Shown here: positions 29,423 through 40,466 of the stretch, piece by piece
Layout of the letters: each line of letters opens with the position of its first letter
How positions within the stretch are numbered: position 1 is the stretch's first letter
Assembly (NCBI GenBank): GCA_963742115.1
Contig: CAVUKQ010000014.1
Span: 517,850-581,849 of the forward strand
Reading direction: 5' to 3'
Source: an uncultured Gammaproteobacteria bacterium
GTDB taxonomy: Bacteria > Pseudomonadota > Gammaproteobacteria > Steroidobacterales > Rariloculaceae
DNA: 64,000 nucleotides
Notes under the pieces: model-generated
What the model saw: only the letters and a program-made list of their open reading frames with translations
Told to the model about the DNA's origin: nothing
The model's database searches: none
Program-made: the position numbers and the translations under genes

Positions 29423-30197
29423 GTCGCGCCGAGCGCCAGGCCGCGAGAAACTCGCGCAAGTGCGGGCGATCGGACTGCTCGAGCAGCGCGTCGACTTGCC
29501 CGACCTCATAGGCGTGCTGCTTGGCGTCGAGCTCGCCCCGCAGCAGCTGGAAACGCAGAAAGATCAGATAGGTGTTCAGCACGTCGGTCTCGCAGTAGTT
29601 GCGGATCGAAGCGAGGTCGCCGCGCCGGTAGGCGGGCCAGACGTCCGCGCCGCTCATGCCGAGCTTCCCGGGCAGCCCGAGCAGCTGCGAAACGTTCTCG
29701 AGCGACGCGCGGCCGCTCGCGCCGTACGCCGACAGCACGTCCATGAGGTCGACGTGTCGCCAGTGATACCGGCTCAGATAGTTGTTATAGCGAAACTCGC
29801 GATCGTTGTCGCCGAGCTCCCAGTAACGCGCCGCGCTCACGCCGTGGCGCAGCGCGCGATAGCCGAGCACCGGCAGATCGAACCCGGAGCCGTTCCACGA
29901 CACGAGCGTCGGGCTGTAGCGCTCGAGGCCGTCGAAGAAGCGCTGCACGAGATCGCGCTCGCCGGATTGTTCGTCGCCGAGGCTGAACACGCGCACGCCC
30001 TCGCGGCTCTTCATCACGCCCGAGATCGCGATCACGCGCTGCTGATGCGGCGGCAGCACGTCGCTCTGGCGCGCCTGCCGCTGCTTGAGCTGCATGATCT
30101 TCGCGACGGCGGCGTCGTCCAGATCCGGTACGTCGTGCAGCTTGCGGCCGAGCTCGACGTCGGGAACCGTCTCGATGTCGAATACCAGCGTATTCAT
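29412..30197 (-). CDS. RNase H-fold 3'-5' exonuclease (PolB-exonuclease-like), function unknown
   Basis: [13 protein letters not shown] (Exo I DxE), SWNGSGFDLPVL (Exo II) and YCETDVLNTY (Exo III YxxxD). It overlaps the acpS stop and the rlmD start. Confidence 0.65.
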   Translation of the reverse strand: MNTLVFDIETVPDVELGRKLHDVPDLDDAAVAKIMQLKQRQARQSDVLPPHQQRVIAISGVMKSREGVRVFSLGDEQSGERDLVQRFFDGLERYSPTLVSWNGSGFDLPVLGYRALRHGVSAARYWELGDNDREFRYNNYLSRYHWRHVDLMDVLSAYGASGRASLENVSQLLGLPGKLGMSGADVWPAYRRGDLASIRNYCETDVLNTYLIFLRFQLLRGELDAKQHAYEVGQVDALLEQSDRPHLREFLAAWRSARHAD

Positions 30198-30577
30198 GGC
30201 GCGCGCATCAGCACCGCGACCGCGACCACGAGGCCATCTTCGTCGCTGAGCGTGAGATGCCCTTCGCCGACGCCGAGCTTGCGACACACCTCGCGGCCCC
30301 GCTCCGAGAAGATCACTTGAGGCTGGCCGAGTGCGTTCGGCATCATGCCTACGTCGCGGACCCAGACTCCGTTCGCGAACCCGGTACCCATCGCCTTGAC
30401 GATCGCCTCCTTCGCGGCGAAGCGCATCGCGAGAAACCGCACCGGCCGCTTGGCGACCGCGAACAGGCGCTGCTCCTCGTCGAGCAAGAGCCGGCGCGCG
30501 AAATGGTCGCCGAAGCGCGCGTACGTGTGCTCGATGCGCTCTACCTTTAGAACGTCCGTGCCGATGCCGAAGATCAC
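30194..30577 (-). CDS. acpS: holo-[acyl-carrier-protein] synthase
   Basis: 127 aa starting [15 protein letters not shown] with [10 protein letters not shown]. The GTG overlaps the pdxJ stop (GTGA). Confidence 0.85.
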   Translation of the reverse strand: MIFGIGTDVLKVERIEHTYARFGDHFARRLLLDEEQRLFAVAKRPVRFLAMRFAAKEAIVKAMGTGFANGVWVRDVGMMPNALGQPQVIFSERGREVCRKLGVGEGHLTLSDEDGLVVAVAVLMRAP

Positions 30578-31308
30578 GAGCGTGCCGCCACCATCAGTGC
30601 TTTCATTTTCGCGACGGCCGTCGGGAATCCGTCGAACAGCGCCTGCGCCACGATCGCGTGGCCGATGTTGAGCTCCACGATTTCGTGGATCGCCGCGATC
30701 GGGACAACGTTGTGATAGTTGAGCCCGTGACCGGCATGCACGGTCAGTCCGAGCGCGGCCGCGCGTTGCGCCGCGGCGCGCACGCGCTCGAGCTCGCGCG
30801 CCGCGCCCGCGCCGCGGGCGTCGGCGTAGGCGCCGGTGTGGATCTCGACGACGGGCGCGCCGGCGGCTGCGCACGCCTCGAGCTGCGCGAAATCTGGATC
30901 GACGAACAAGGAAACGCGAATGCCGCGGTCGCGCAGCTGCTTGCAGGCCGCCTTGACCTTGCTCGACTGCCCCGCGACGTCGAGGCCGCCCTCCGTCGTG
31001 AGCTCATCGCGGCGCTCCGGCACGAAGCAGCAGTCGGAAGGCGCGGCGCGCGCCGCGAGCTCGAGCATCGGTTCCGTCACGGCCATCTCGAGGTTGATCC
31101 GCGTCTGGATCGCCTGCGTAAGGACTTCGAGGTCGCGCTCTTGGATGTGCCGCCGGTCCTCGCGCAGGTGAATCGTGATGCTGTCGGCGCCCGCCTGCTC
31201 CGCGAGCAGCGCTGCCGTCACCGGGTCGGGATAGCGAGTGCCGCGCGCCTGGCGCACGGTCGCGACGTGGTCGACGTTGACACCGAGATGAATGGGCCGA
31301 AAGCTCAT
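30574..31308 (-). CDS. pdxJ: pyridoxine 5'-phosphate synthase
   Basis: 244 aa with [28 protein letters not shown] and ELNIGHAIV. Confidence 0.95.
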   Translation of the reverse strand: MSFRPIHLGVNVDHVATVRQARGTRYPDPVTAALLAEQAGADSITIHLREDRRHIQERDLEVLTQAIQTRINLEMAVTEPMLELAARAAPSDCCFVPERRDELTTEGGLDVAGQSSKVKAACKQLRDRGIRVSLFVDPDFAQLEACAAAGAPVVEIHTGAYADARGAGAARELERVRAAAQRAAALGLTVHAGHGLNYHNVVPIAAIHEIVELNIGHAIVAQALFDGFPTAVAKMKALMVAARS

Positions 31309-31343
31309 CGTAAGCTACTGCTTCTGCGTTATCGCATCCAAAG

Positions 31344-32087
31344 TCATCGCGACAGCCCGCGGCTCACGATGTCTTGCAGCACCAGCCGGCTCTGCAAAGG
31401 TCGATCGCCTAGATAAGCCCGCAAGACCCTGCCGAGCAGCCGCTGGGCCGTGCGCAGGCTACTCTCGTCTTCCAGCGCCTGCTCGCGCAGCGAGATCAAA
31501 TCGCTTCCGGAGTACACGTCGGCGTCCGGATCATCGAGCTCGGTGGCGCGAGGCCCATGCTCGAGCTCGAACACGTAGCGCAAGTCCGCGCGCAGCGGCT
31601 CGCCGGTTGCCGCGTCCGCATCGAGCTCGAGGCCGTAGCCCAATGCGTGCAGCAAGTGCAGCTCGAAAATCCGCAGCGTTCGCGCAACGTGCGCGCCGGA
31701 AGCCAGCTCCGCGAGGCAGCGACTATAGCAGGAAAAAACCTGCGTATTGGGGTCGCCACGCACCGTGAGCCGCAGCAGCAATTCGTTCGCATAGTAGCCG
31801 GCGAGCAGGGCCTGGCCGGCGAGTGCGTAGCTCGCAGACGCGGACTCCACGTGCGTGAGCCGGCCGAGGTCGCCGCGCTGCAGCCACGAAATGCGCAGCG
31901 GCACGAATGGCTGCAACAACGCGCGCTGGCTGCGGTTGCGAGTCGTCGTGCGGCGCGAGCCGCGCGCGATGAGCCCCACTCGCCCGTGCACGGCCGTCAT
32001 GCACTCGAGCAGTTGGCTCGTGTTCCGATAGGGCCGTTGATGAAGAACGAACCCGAGCTCGAGCAGCACCTGCTCGCGCTCGCTCAT
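31344..32087 (-). CDS. recO: DNA repair protein RecO
   Basis: 247 aa with the N-terminal OB-fold pattern (..GFVLHQRPYRNTSQLLECMT..HGRVGLIARG). It sits in the conserved era-recO-pdxJ position. Confidence 0.85.
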   Translation of the reverse strand: MSEREQVLLELGFVLHQRPYRNTSQLLECMTAVHGRVGLIARGSRRTTTRNRSQRALLQPFVPLRISWLQRGDLGRLTHVESASASYALAGQALLAGYYANELLLRLTVRGDPNTQVFSCYSRCLAELASGAHVARTLRIFELHLLHALGYGLELDADAATGEPLRADLRYVFELEHGPRATELDDPDADVYSGSDLISLREQALEDESSLRTAQRLLGRVLRAYLGDRPLQSRLVLQDIVSRGLSR

Positions 32088-32992
32088 GACACGTCGAAGC
32101 CGAGCCTCTGGAGCTCACGCTCGTTGTCGGCCCAATGCTCTCGGACCTTGACCCACAGCTCGAGGTGCACGCGCTCGCCGAGCAGCTCGCGGAGCTCCTG
32201 CCGCGCAAGCGTTCCGGCCTGCTTCAACACCTGGCCTTCCTTGCCGATCACGATGCTCTTCTGGCTCTCGCGCTCGATCCAAATCAGCCCATGCACGAGC
32301 CGCTGGCCCTCTTCGTTCGTACCGAGGTGCTCGACCTCGACCGTGAGGCCGTATGGGACCTCCTTATGGACGAGCGTCATGAGCTTCTCGCGGATCACCT
32401 CCGCGATTCGGAACGACAGATCGCGGTCGGTGACCATGTCCTTCGGGAACAATGCCGGCCCCTGCGGCAGGCGCGCGAAGATCTGATCGACCAGATGGTC
32501 GAGGTTGTCACCGGTCTTCGCGGCGATCGGAATCAGCCCGGCGAACGGCATTCCGGCGAGCCGCTGCAGGACAGGGAGCAGCTGCGTTCTGCTCGGCAGC
32601 GCGTCGACCTTGTTGAGCACGAGGAAGGTCCGATCGAGCTTGTCTGCGAGTACCTTCATCAGCTCGCGGTCCTCCGCCGTCTGGCTCTTCGCCTCGACGA
32701 CGAGCAGCGCGACGTCGCAATCCTCCACTGCCTGATGGATTTGCCGCGCCATCAGCCTGTGCAGCGCGCGCTTGGTGCGCCGCGCGTGACCCGGAGTGTC
32801 GATGAACACGGCTTGGTCGGCGCCGCGATTGAGCACGCCAAGAACGCGTTGGCGCGTCGTATGCGGCTTGTCGGTAACGATGCTGATCTTCTCGCCGATC
32901 AGCGAATTCAGCAGCGTGGATTTGCCGACGTTCGGGCGGCCGATGATCGCGACGAGGCCGCAGCGGCCCTCGGTGGGGTCAGTCTCGCTCAC
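32084..32992 (-). CDS. era: GTPase Era
   Basis: G1 GRPNVGKST, G3 DTPG, G4 NKVD and a C-terminal KH domain. It overlaps rnc and recO. Confidence 0.95.
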   Translation of the reverse strand: MSETDPTEGRCGLVAIIGRPNVGKSTLLNSLIGEKISIVTDKPHTTRQRVLGVLNRGADQAVFIDTPGHARRTKRALHRLMARQIHQAVEDCDVALLVVEAKSQTAEDRELMKVLADKLDRTFLVLNKVDALPSRTQLLPVLQRLAGMPFAGLIPIAAKTGDNLDHLVDQIFARLPQGPALFPKDMVTDRDLSFRIAEVIREKLMTLVHKEVPYGLTVEVEHLGTNEEGQRLVHGLIWIERESQKSIVIGKEGQVLKQAGTLARQELRELLGERVHLELWVKVREHWADNERELQRLGFDVS

Positions 32993-33662
32993 CGGTCAGC
33001 ACCGAAAGCATCGCCGCGGCCGCTTCCTGCTCGGCGTAGCGACGGCTCGATCCTTGACCGGTGGTATGCGCATCTCTCTCTTCAACGGTGCAGCTGACGA
33101 CGAACGTTTGCTCGTGATCCCGCCCCCGCACGGTCTCGACCGCGTAGCTCGGAAGCCGGTAACCCTTGCCCTGAAGCCACTCCTGCAGGCGCGTTTTCGC
33201 GTCCTTGAGCTCCTCGGCGTCGGGCAGAGTGGCGAATTCCGGGGCGAACAGCAAGTCGATCAAAGCTTCCGCTGCCTCCGCCCCCCCGTCAAGCAGCACC
33301 GCGCCGATCAAGCCTTCGACGGCGTCGGCGAGCACCGCCCCACGTTGCGCGCCGCCGGAACGAAGCTCGCCCGCGCCGAGGATGATCTGCGAGTCGAGAC
33401 CCAAGCGTTGACCTATGCTCGCGAGCGTCGGCTGCTTGACGAGCGCCGCGCGGGCACGGCTGAGATCGCCTTCGCTGTCGGAGGGCCGCCGGTCGTAAAG
33501 ACGCCGCGCGATCGCAAAGCTCAGGAAGGAGTCGCCGAGGTATTCGAGGCGCTCGTTGTTGTTCCGCGACGCGCTGCGATGCGTAAGTGCACGCTCGAGG
33601 AGCGCGGGATCTTGGAACGTGTATCGGAGATGCCGCTCGGCCCACGCGGCGCGAGAGGTCAC
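32979..33662 (-). CDS. rnc: ribonuclease III
   Basis: It has the signature NERLEYLGDSFL and a C-terminal dsRBD. Confidence 0.95.
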   Translation of the reverse strand: MTSRAAWAERHLRYTFQDPALLERALTHRSASRNNNERLEYLGDSFLSFAIARRLYDRRPSDSEGDLSRARAALVKQPTLASIGQRLGLDSQIILGAGELRSGGAQRGAVLADAVEGLIGAVLLDGGAEAAEALIDLLFAPEFATLPDAEELKDAKTRLQEWLQGKGYRLPSYAVETVRGRDHEQTFVVSCTVEERDAHTTGQGSSRRYAEQEAAAAMLSVLTGERD

Positions 33663-34060
33663 CGTCTGATCTCGACCTGCTTGTCGAACACGATGAGCAG
33701 CCAGACGTCGGCGATGTACGGCACGCGGTTCTCGTATTGGATTCGCACCGAATAGCCGTTCTTGCTCTGCGCGATCTTGAGGTTGTCCGGCGGCAGGTTG
33801 ACGTCTTCGATGGAGAAGCGCTTATAGATCTCGCGCCGGATGCTGACGGGATCCGTGCTCTTGCCGCCCAGCTCCGCGGCCGTGTCTTCCAGCACGCGCG
33901 ACAGCCGCATGTTGCTGATGTACATCGGCAGCACTTTGATCGCCGCGAGGCCCACGACGCCGAATAGCACGGCGAGAATGACGAAACCGATAACCGTGAT
34001 GCCGCGCTGCCGATGGCGCGTGGCGTGAGTCACTCGATTCCTTTTCCTATTCGACTCCAT
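33659..34060 (-). CDS. DUF4845-type small membrane-anchored protein
   Basis: 133 aa with one N-terminal TM helix (GITVIGFVILAVLFGVVGLAAI). It occupies the conserved slot between lepB and rnc. Confidence 0.6.
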   Translation of the reverse strand: MESNRKRNRVTHATRHRQRGITVIGFVILAVLFGVVGLAAIKVLPMYISNMRLSRVLEDTAAELGGKSTDPVSIRREIYKRFSIEDVNLPPDNLKIAQSKNGYSVRIQYENRVPYIADVWLLIVFDKQVEIRR

Positions 34061-34824
34061 TGCGGTCCTCCGTCGGTGGGCCAGCGCCAGTTCATCCAGA
34101 TTCGTACCGCGCGGCCCACGAGGTTGCCCTCGGGTACGTACTCGACGCCTTCGAAGCGACTGTCTCTGCTGTTGTCGCGGTTGTCGCCCATCACGAAATA
34201 ATGCCCCGGCGGAACCACATACTTTCCGCTGCGGCTCGCGGGACCACGACTCAGCAGCAGTTGATGATCGTGCTCGCCGAGCTCCTCACGCCCGATGTCC
34301 ATGCCTTTCTCGTCTGCAGACGGCCCGACTCTCTCCATCGGAATGGACTCGCCGTTGATCGTGAGGCGCTTGGTCGCGTCCTCGTAGACCACGACGTCTC
34401 CCGGCAGACCCACGATCCGCTTGATGTAGTCGACTTTCGGGTCGGAAGGTAGCCGGAAAACGACCACGTCGCCGTGCTGTGGCTCACCGATCTGCAAGAT
34501 TTTCGTATTTAGAACCGGCAGCCGGAGCCCGTACGCGAACTTGTTCACAAAAATGAAATCTCCCGTCAGCAGCGTCGGCATCATCGACTCTGAGGGGATG
34601 CGGAACGGCTCGAACAGGAACGATCGGATCAGGAGCACGAGCAGCAAGATCGGAAAGAACGATCTCGCGTACTCGACGATGATCGGCTCGCGTGGCAGCG
34701 CCGCTCCGCTTCCGGCGGCTTGCGCGGCACTTTCAATCCGCGCGCGTTTCAGCAGCAGCACGTCGAGCAACCAGACTACGCCGGCCGTCGCAGTCAGGAT
34801 GACGAGAATCAGCGCGAAATCCAA
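34030..34824 (-). CDS. lepB: signal peptidase I
   Basis: Catalytic Ser box IPSESMMPTL, Lys box YIKRIVGLPGD and GDNRDNSRDSR. Confidence 0.9.
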   Translation of the reverse strand: MDFALILVILTATAGVVWLLDVLLLKRARIESAAQAAGSGAALPREPIIVEYARSFFPILLLVLLIRSFLFEPFRIPSESMMPTLLTGDFIFVNKFAYGLRLPVLNTKILQIGEPQHGDVVVFRLPSDPKVDYIKRIVGLPGDVVVYEDATKRLTINGESIPMERVGPSADEKGMDIGREELGEHDHQLLLSRGPASRSGKYVVPPGHYFVMGDNRDNSRDSRFEGVEYVPEGNLVGRAVRIWMNWRWPTDGGPQWSRIGKGIE

Positions 34825-34861
34825 AATTGCTCCTCGCCGGACGAAGCGGCCCGAGTATTGG

Positions 34862-36664
<1,803 letters not shown>

Positions 36665-36690
36665 AGGGTCGCCCGGTGCGGGCGGCGCGG

Positions 36691-36696
36691 ATTATA
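36691..36696 (-). promoter_or_regulatory. candidate -10 element (TATAAT) for lepA-lepB
   Basis: A perfect TATAAT on the minus strand lies 27 nt upstream of the lepA ATG, just after a hairpin (36708..36741) that follows the glutaredoxin-like gene. No good -35 element is present. Confidence 0.35.
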
Positions 36697-36765
36697 GCTC
36701 AATGCCCACGGCAGCCCCGCGGCTTCGGTGGGGACTGCCGTACGCCGATCGCCGGGGATCGCGGC

Positions 36766-37002
36766 TCAGAGCGAAGCGAGGTGCCGTTCGACGCGTTCTC
36801 GGTCGAGCGGGTATCCGGAGATTTCGACGTCGCCGTCGACGAGAACGGGGATGCGAAGCCCGTAGCGCCGCTCGAGAGCCACGGTCTCGTCGACGTCGAC
36901 CACTCGGACCGTCGCTCGGCCGGCCAGGAGCGGCAAGAGCTCGGCGGTCAGCGCCTCACAGAGGTGGCACTCGGGACGGCTATAGAGAATGAGTGTGCGC
37001 AT
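36766..37002 (-). CDS. glutaredoxin-like protein (DUF836 type)
   Basis: 78 aa, MRTLILYSRPECHLCE.., with a thioredoxin-fold CxxC at the end of the first strand. Confidence 0.65.
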   Translation of the reverse strand: MRTLILYSRPECHLCEALTAELLPLLAGRATVRVVDVDETVALERRYGLRIPVLVDGDVEISGYPLDRERVERHLASL

Positions 37003-37414
37003 CGCGCCTCGGTGCGGCGTGAATCTCGACGCGCCGCAAGGTGTTGCGTTCGAGCCTCGCGCGCAGTCGCGGCACCAGCAGCAATGCTGCGGCGATGCCC
37101 GCAACTGCGCCCACCGCGGCGCCTACGTCGGTGCCTGTGATAGCGGCGCCCCCGAGCGCGCCCGCGAGCAGCGCCGCGAGCGGCAGGCCGTGCACGAGCA
37201 ACGAGCCGAGCAGCAGATAGCGGTCGGGCAGCGCAACGACGACCTGCGTGCCGACGGCGAGCGCGAGCGAAGTGTCGAAGCTCAAGCGCTGAGCCGCCGG
37301 CATTCGGCGCCAAAGGCACGCGCCCTCGCAGCCGCGGCATCGGGCCGGCGGGCCGAACTCGACCTCGACCCGGCCGGCCAAGCTCGTGCGAGTGACGGTC
37401 GCCTCCGCCGTCAT
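36980..37414 (-). CDS. rseC: RseC/MucC family (SoxR-reducing system) membrane protein
   Basis: MTAEATVTRTSLAGRVEVEF..CRGCEGACLW cysteine motif followed by two TM helices. It sits after rseB. Confidence 0.6.
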   Translation of the reverse strand: MTAEATVTRTSLAGRVEVEFGPPARCRGCEGACLWRRMPAAQRLSFDTSLALAVGTQVVVALPDRYLLLGSLLVHGLPLAALLAGALGGAAITGTDVGAAVGAVAGIAAALLLVPRLRARLERNTLRRVEIHAAPRRDAHTHSL

Positions 37415-37445
37415 GCAGTGGGTGGAGCGGATGACGATCGCTCCG

Positions 37446-38402
37446 CTACTCGGAGACGAGAGATGATGCGATGGTGCGCACCGTCTGGCGCGGCACTTCA
37501 CCGACCGCCGTGACCTTGCGGCCGCGCAGCGTCAGCGAGAACGCGTTCGTGCTGCCCATCGTCGAAAAGCCTTCACTGACCTCGGCCTTCGTGTTCGGGT
37601 CTTCGATGAACACGGAAACCGTCGCAAGACCGTCGGAGTAGACGAGATGCTCGACTGGCGTTTCCGAGCCCGCGATCGGACTCTGCGTTGCGACCGACAG
37701 CTTGAAACCGCCGGGCACCGCGGCCGCTCGCCACGGAATGCCTTCCGCGAGCGGCGTCGGACGCGGGCGGCCGGAGCATCTCGAAACCCGTCGTGTCGAT
37801 CGTGGCGGCGAGCGACTCGGCGGGAATCGAATCCGGCAGGTCGATTTCCGTGAACAGGATTTGCTCGACGATCACACCCTTGTCGTCGATCAGCTGCGAC
37901 CTGAGCGGCATCGCCGTTTCCTGATCGAGCCACAGCATGTAGCCGTAGCGAAACTCGTCACGGGGCTTGATCTCGAGAACCTGCGCCGGACGGTTCGCGA
38001 CTCGCGTGCTCGAGTGCAGCGTGAGCTCGTAGTGCGGCTCGATCTCTGCGGAATAGCTCGGCAGCGCCGACACGAGCGGGCTGATGTCCTTGCGTTCCTC
38101 GAGCAGCACGACGCGTTGATCGGGCAGGATGCACTGCACCTCGTCGCCCTGACGGATGATCTCCCGGCCCACCCCGTCGAGCGACACGATGCGCTCGCCG
38201 CTGCGGCCGGCCGCGTTGCGGTGAATGATGCGCAGAGTCTCGGGCGTGCCGTTGAGCACGTGCACGAACGTGCCCTGGTAGTTCAGGTCCTCGACCGCGC
38301 GATTCATCTTGTCGAGCCACGCGCGCGCCTCCTGCGCCGACGCGTCGGTCGCGACGGCGAGCGCGATCAGGAGGAGCGGCCGACTCAGGACGCGCTCGAC
38401 AC
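37446..38402 (-). CDS. rseB: sigma-E regulatory protein RseB/MucB; one clear and one probable frame break
   Basis: The core ORF 37573..38307 (MNRAVEDLNYQGTFVHV...) continues in ORF 37446..37718 (..IPWRAAAVPGGFKLSV...VYSDGLATVSVFIE) after a break near 37750. The signal peptide LSRPLLLIALAVATDASA has no in-frame ATG, GTG or TTG. A GTG at 38402 with GGAG 5 nt upstream would need a 1-nt deletion near 38390. Net length of 3n gives 318 aa. Confidence 0.75.
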
Positions 38403-38404
38403 GG

Positions 38405-39043
38405 TCACTCCGTGCGCGGCATCGGGGCCCGCCGAGGATCCGTGACGACGCTCGGCTCCACGAGCGCCTCGGGCAACGGCTCCGACGCGCCCACGACGTT
38501 CGAATGCACGCTAGTGCGGCTCAAACGCGACGCATATTCGCCGTGGTGCACGAGATAGTTCGTGAGCCTAATCTGCGGCGCGATCACGGGTGCGTCGGAT
38601 ACTTCTTGCGGGACGACGTACCTATCCGCAGGGACGGGCTCGACGCGCTCGACGTCCCTCGCGACCAGCGGCGCGACCGCGCCGCTCGGCGCAACTTGTG
38701 CATCGTTGATCATTCGCATACCCACGATCGCCGCGACGGCGACGCTTGCAGCGATTCCGAAGCCGAGCAGCGGCCGTGCGTACCGAGACTGCCAACGAGC
38801 TTGCGGCCGTGTCGCGGGCAGCGGCGCTTTGCCGGCGAGCGCGACGGCGATCCTGCGGCGCAGAATCGCGGGATCGGGGCCGAGCAGCTCGTTGCGCAGC
38901 GCCGATCCGATCAGCGTGTAGCGCAAGGCTTGACCATGTGCCTCGGGATCGCGCTCGAAGCGCCGCAGCAGGAAAGTGCTTTCCTGGTCGGGCAGCTCAT
39001 CGTCGATGAATGCCGAAATCTGATCGTTGATCTGTTCTGTCAT
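38405..39043 (-). CDS. rseA: anti-sigma-E factor RseA/MucA
   Basis: The N-terminus MTEQINDQISAFIDDEL is the canonical RseA/MucA anti-sigma domain. It has a central TM helix and lies directly downstream of rpoE. Confidence 0.75.
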   Translation of the reverse strand: MTEQINDQISAFIDDELPDQESTFLLRRFERDPEAHGQALRYTLIGSALRNELLGPDPAILRRRIAVALAGKAPLPATRPQARWQSRYARPLLGFGIAASVAVAAIVGMRMINDAQVAPSGAVAPLVARDVERVEPVPADRYVVPQEVSDAPVIAPQIRLTNYLVHHGEYASRLSRTSVHSNVVGASEPLPEALVEPSVVTDPRRAPMPRTE

Positions 39044-39076
39044 TGGGCCGCCGCGCTGAGTGTGATCATGAGTGGT

Positions 39077-39697
39077 TCAAAGCAAAGGGGCGATTTCCCG
39101 GTCGATAGCCTCGCGTGCGCGAAAGATTCGCGAACGCACCGTACCGACGGGGCACTCCATGGTCTGCGCGATTTCTTCGTAGCTCAGGCCCTCGATTTCG
39201 CGCAACAGGATGGCCGTTCGGAGCTCCTCGGGCAAGTCTCCGATGGCTCGGTTCACGGCCTGTCGGATCTCTTCGGTCTGCGCGAGGCCCTCGGGAGTGT
39301 CGAGGTCGCGCAGGTCCGTGAGCGATTCGGTCTGCTCGGGATCCTGTGTATCGAGGTTGTAGTGAGTCGGGCGGCGGCCCAGCGCAACCAGGTGGTTTTT
39401 CGCGGTGTTGATCGCGATGCGGTAGAGCCAAGTGTAGAACGCGCTATCGCCGCGGAACGACGGCGCAGCCCTGTAGGCCTTGAGGAACGCTTCCTGCGCG
39501 ACGTCTAGGGCTTCGGACGGGTCTCGAACGTACCGCATGATCAGCTTGAGAATCTTGTGCTGGTATTTGACGACCAACAGATCGAACGCCGACCTGTCGC
39601 CCTGCTGCACGCGCCTAACTAGCAGCAGATCCGACGCTCCGCTTCCGGGCGGGTGTCTTTCGACTGGCTCTGTCAAGCGCTTCCCGGTAGACCCCAT
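39077..39697 (-). CDS. rpoE: ECF RNA polymerase sigma factor RpoE/AlgU
   Basis: ..VRRVQQGDRSAFDLLVVKYQHKI.. (region 2) and ..EGLSYEEIAQTMECPVGTVRSRIFRAREAI (region 4). The ATG at 39697 is the only plausible start. Confidence 0.9.
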   Translation of the reverse strand: MGSTGKRLTEPVERHPPGSGASDLLLVRRVQQGDRSAFDLLVVKYQHKILKLIMRYVRDPSEALDVAQEAFLKAYRAAPSFRGDSAFYTWLYRIAINTAKNHLVALGRRPTHYNLDTQDPEQTESLTDLRDLDTPEGLAQTEEIRQAVNRAIGDLPEELRTAILLREIEGLSYEEIAQTMECPVGTVRSRIFRAREAIDREIAPLL

Positions 39698-39726
39698 GCG
39701 ACACCCAAAAGTTTCGACCCCGGCCC

Positions 39727-39753
39727 ATGGAATGTTCGGGACCTGTCGGTTCC
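39727..39753 (-). promoter_or_regulatory. possible sigma-E-type autoregulated promoter upstream of rpoE
   Basis: Minus strand reads GGAACC (39753..39748), a 16-nt spacer, then TCCAT (39731..39727), compared with the GGAACTT-N16-TCnaA consensus. This is a weak motif-only call. Confidence 0.3.
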
Positions 39754-39812
39754 GTGACGTAGTGCCGATCGAGACCAATTCTAACTTAAGATCGCTCACC
39801 GGAGGGGTCTGA

Positions 39813-40274
39813 CTACTTCGCGGTAGCGTCGTTCCCCTCGCTCGGGCGCAATCGCCGGAGCGCCGTCTGAAGTCGGCGCCAAGCCTCGGGAGCGATCTGA
39901 TCGGCGAGCAGCAAAACGAGAAGCGCGCGTTCCGTCCCGCGAAGGTCGAACCGGACCCAGCTCGCGGTATAGCGGGTGCGCGGGCCGAGCGTGAGATCGT
40001 CGAGACCGAGCTCCGGCAACTCGATGCGCCCGTCGCTACGGTAGACGATCCGTGGCGCACGCTCGGGCGGCAGCGCGATCGCGTGAACGAGCACGCAGAG
40101 CAATGCGAGGCCCTTGAGCAGCCACGGCGCGCCGAGCACGACGACCGCCGCGACGACGAGCGTATGGAGCGCCAGCCACCAGATCAGCAGGAATCCGGAC
40201 GGCTCAGGCTTGAGGTCGATGGCTCGCGCGGATTCGTTCGACGAGGCGCGCGATCGCGGGGTCTTCGGGTGCAC
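39813..40274 (-). CDS. YgfX/CptA-like inner-membrane protein (start uncertain)
   Basis: ..LKPEPSGFLLIWWLALHTLVVAAVVVLGAPWLLKGLALLCVLVHAI.. has the two-TM pattern and sits directly after sdhE, as ygfX does in enterics. GTG at 40274 is the nearest in-frame canonical start. Confidence 0.5.
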   Translation of the reverse strand: MHPKTPRSRASSNESARAIDLKPEPSGFLLIWWLALHTLVVAAVVVLGAPWLLKGLALLCVLVHAIALPPERAPRIVYRSDGRIELPELGLDDLTLGPRTRYTASWVRFDLRGTERALLVLLLADQIAPEAWRRLQTALRRLRPSEGNDATAK

Positions 40275-40455
40275 TTCGCCCCGTAAGGTAGGCGAAGAGC
40301 TCGGGATCGGGCAGATCGAGAATCTGCTCGAACCGAGCAAGTTCGTCGGCACCGAGGTCGGCGACGGCCGACTGGACGAAGGACTGGAGCACGGCGTCGA
40401 GCTCCCTCATGCCCCGCCGCGAGCGCCACCGGAGCCTTGCGAGGTCGGCGCTCAT
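40204..40455 (-). CDS. sdhE: FAD assembly factor SdhE (YgfY/CptB family)
   Basis: MSADLARLRWRSRRGMRELD.. with the RGxxE motif and ..DPELFAYL... ATG at 40455 has AGGTG 6 nt upstream, immediately after the sdhB stop. Confidence 0.85.
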   Translation of the reverse strand: MSADLARLRWRSRRGMRELDAVLQSFVQSAVADLGADELARFEQILDLPDPELFAYLTGRSAPEDPAIARLVERIRASHRPQA

Positions 40456-40466
40456 CCCAAGCACCT

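Noticed and set aside
39688-39715. A better-looking sigma-E motif, GAAACTT-N16-GTCTA, on the minus strand at the rpoE 5' end.
   Set aside because: The spacer contains the only plausible rpoE start codon (ATG at 39697). A transcript from this motif would therefore lack the start, and no downstream in-frame ATG, GTG or TTG precedes region 2. I kept the weaker upstream GGAACC-N16-TCCAT as the low-confidence call.
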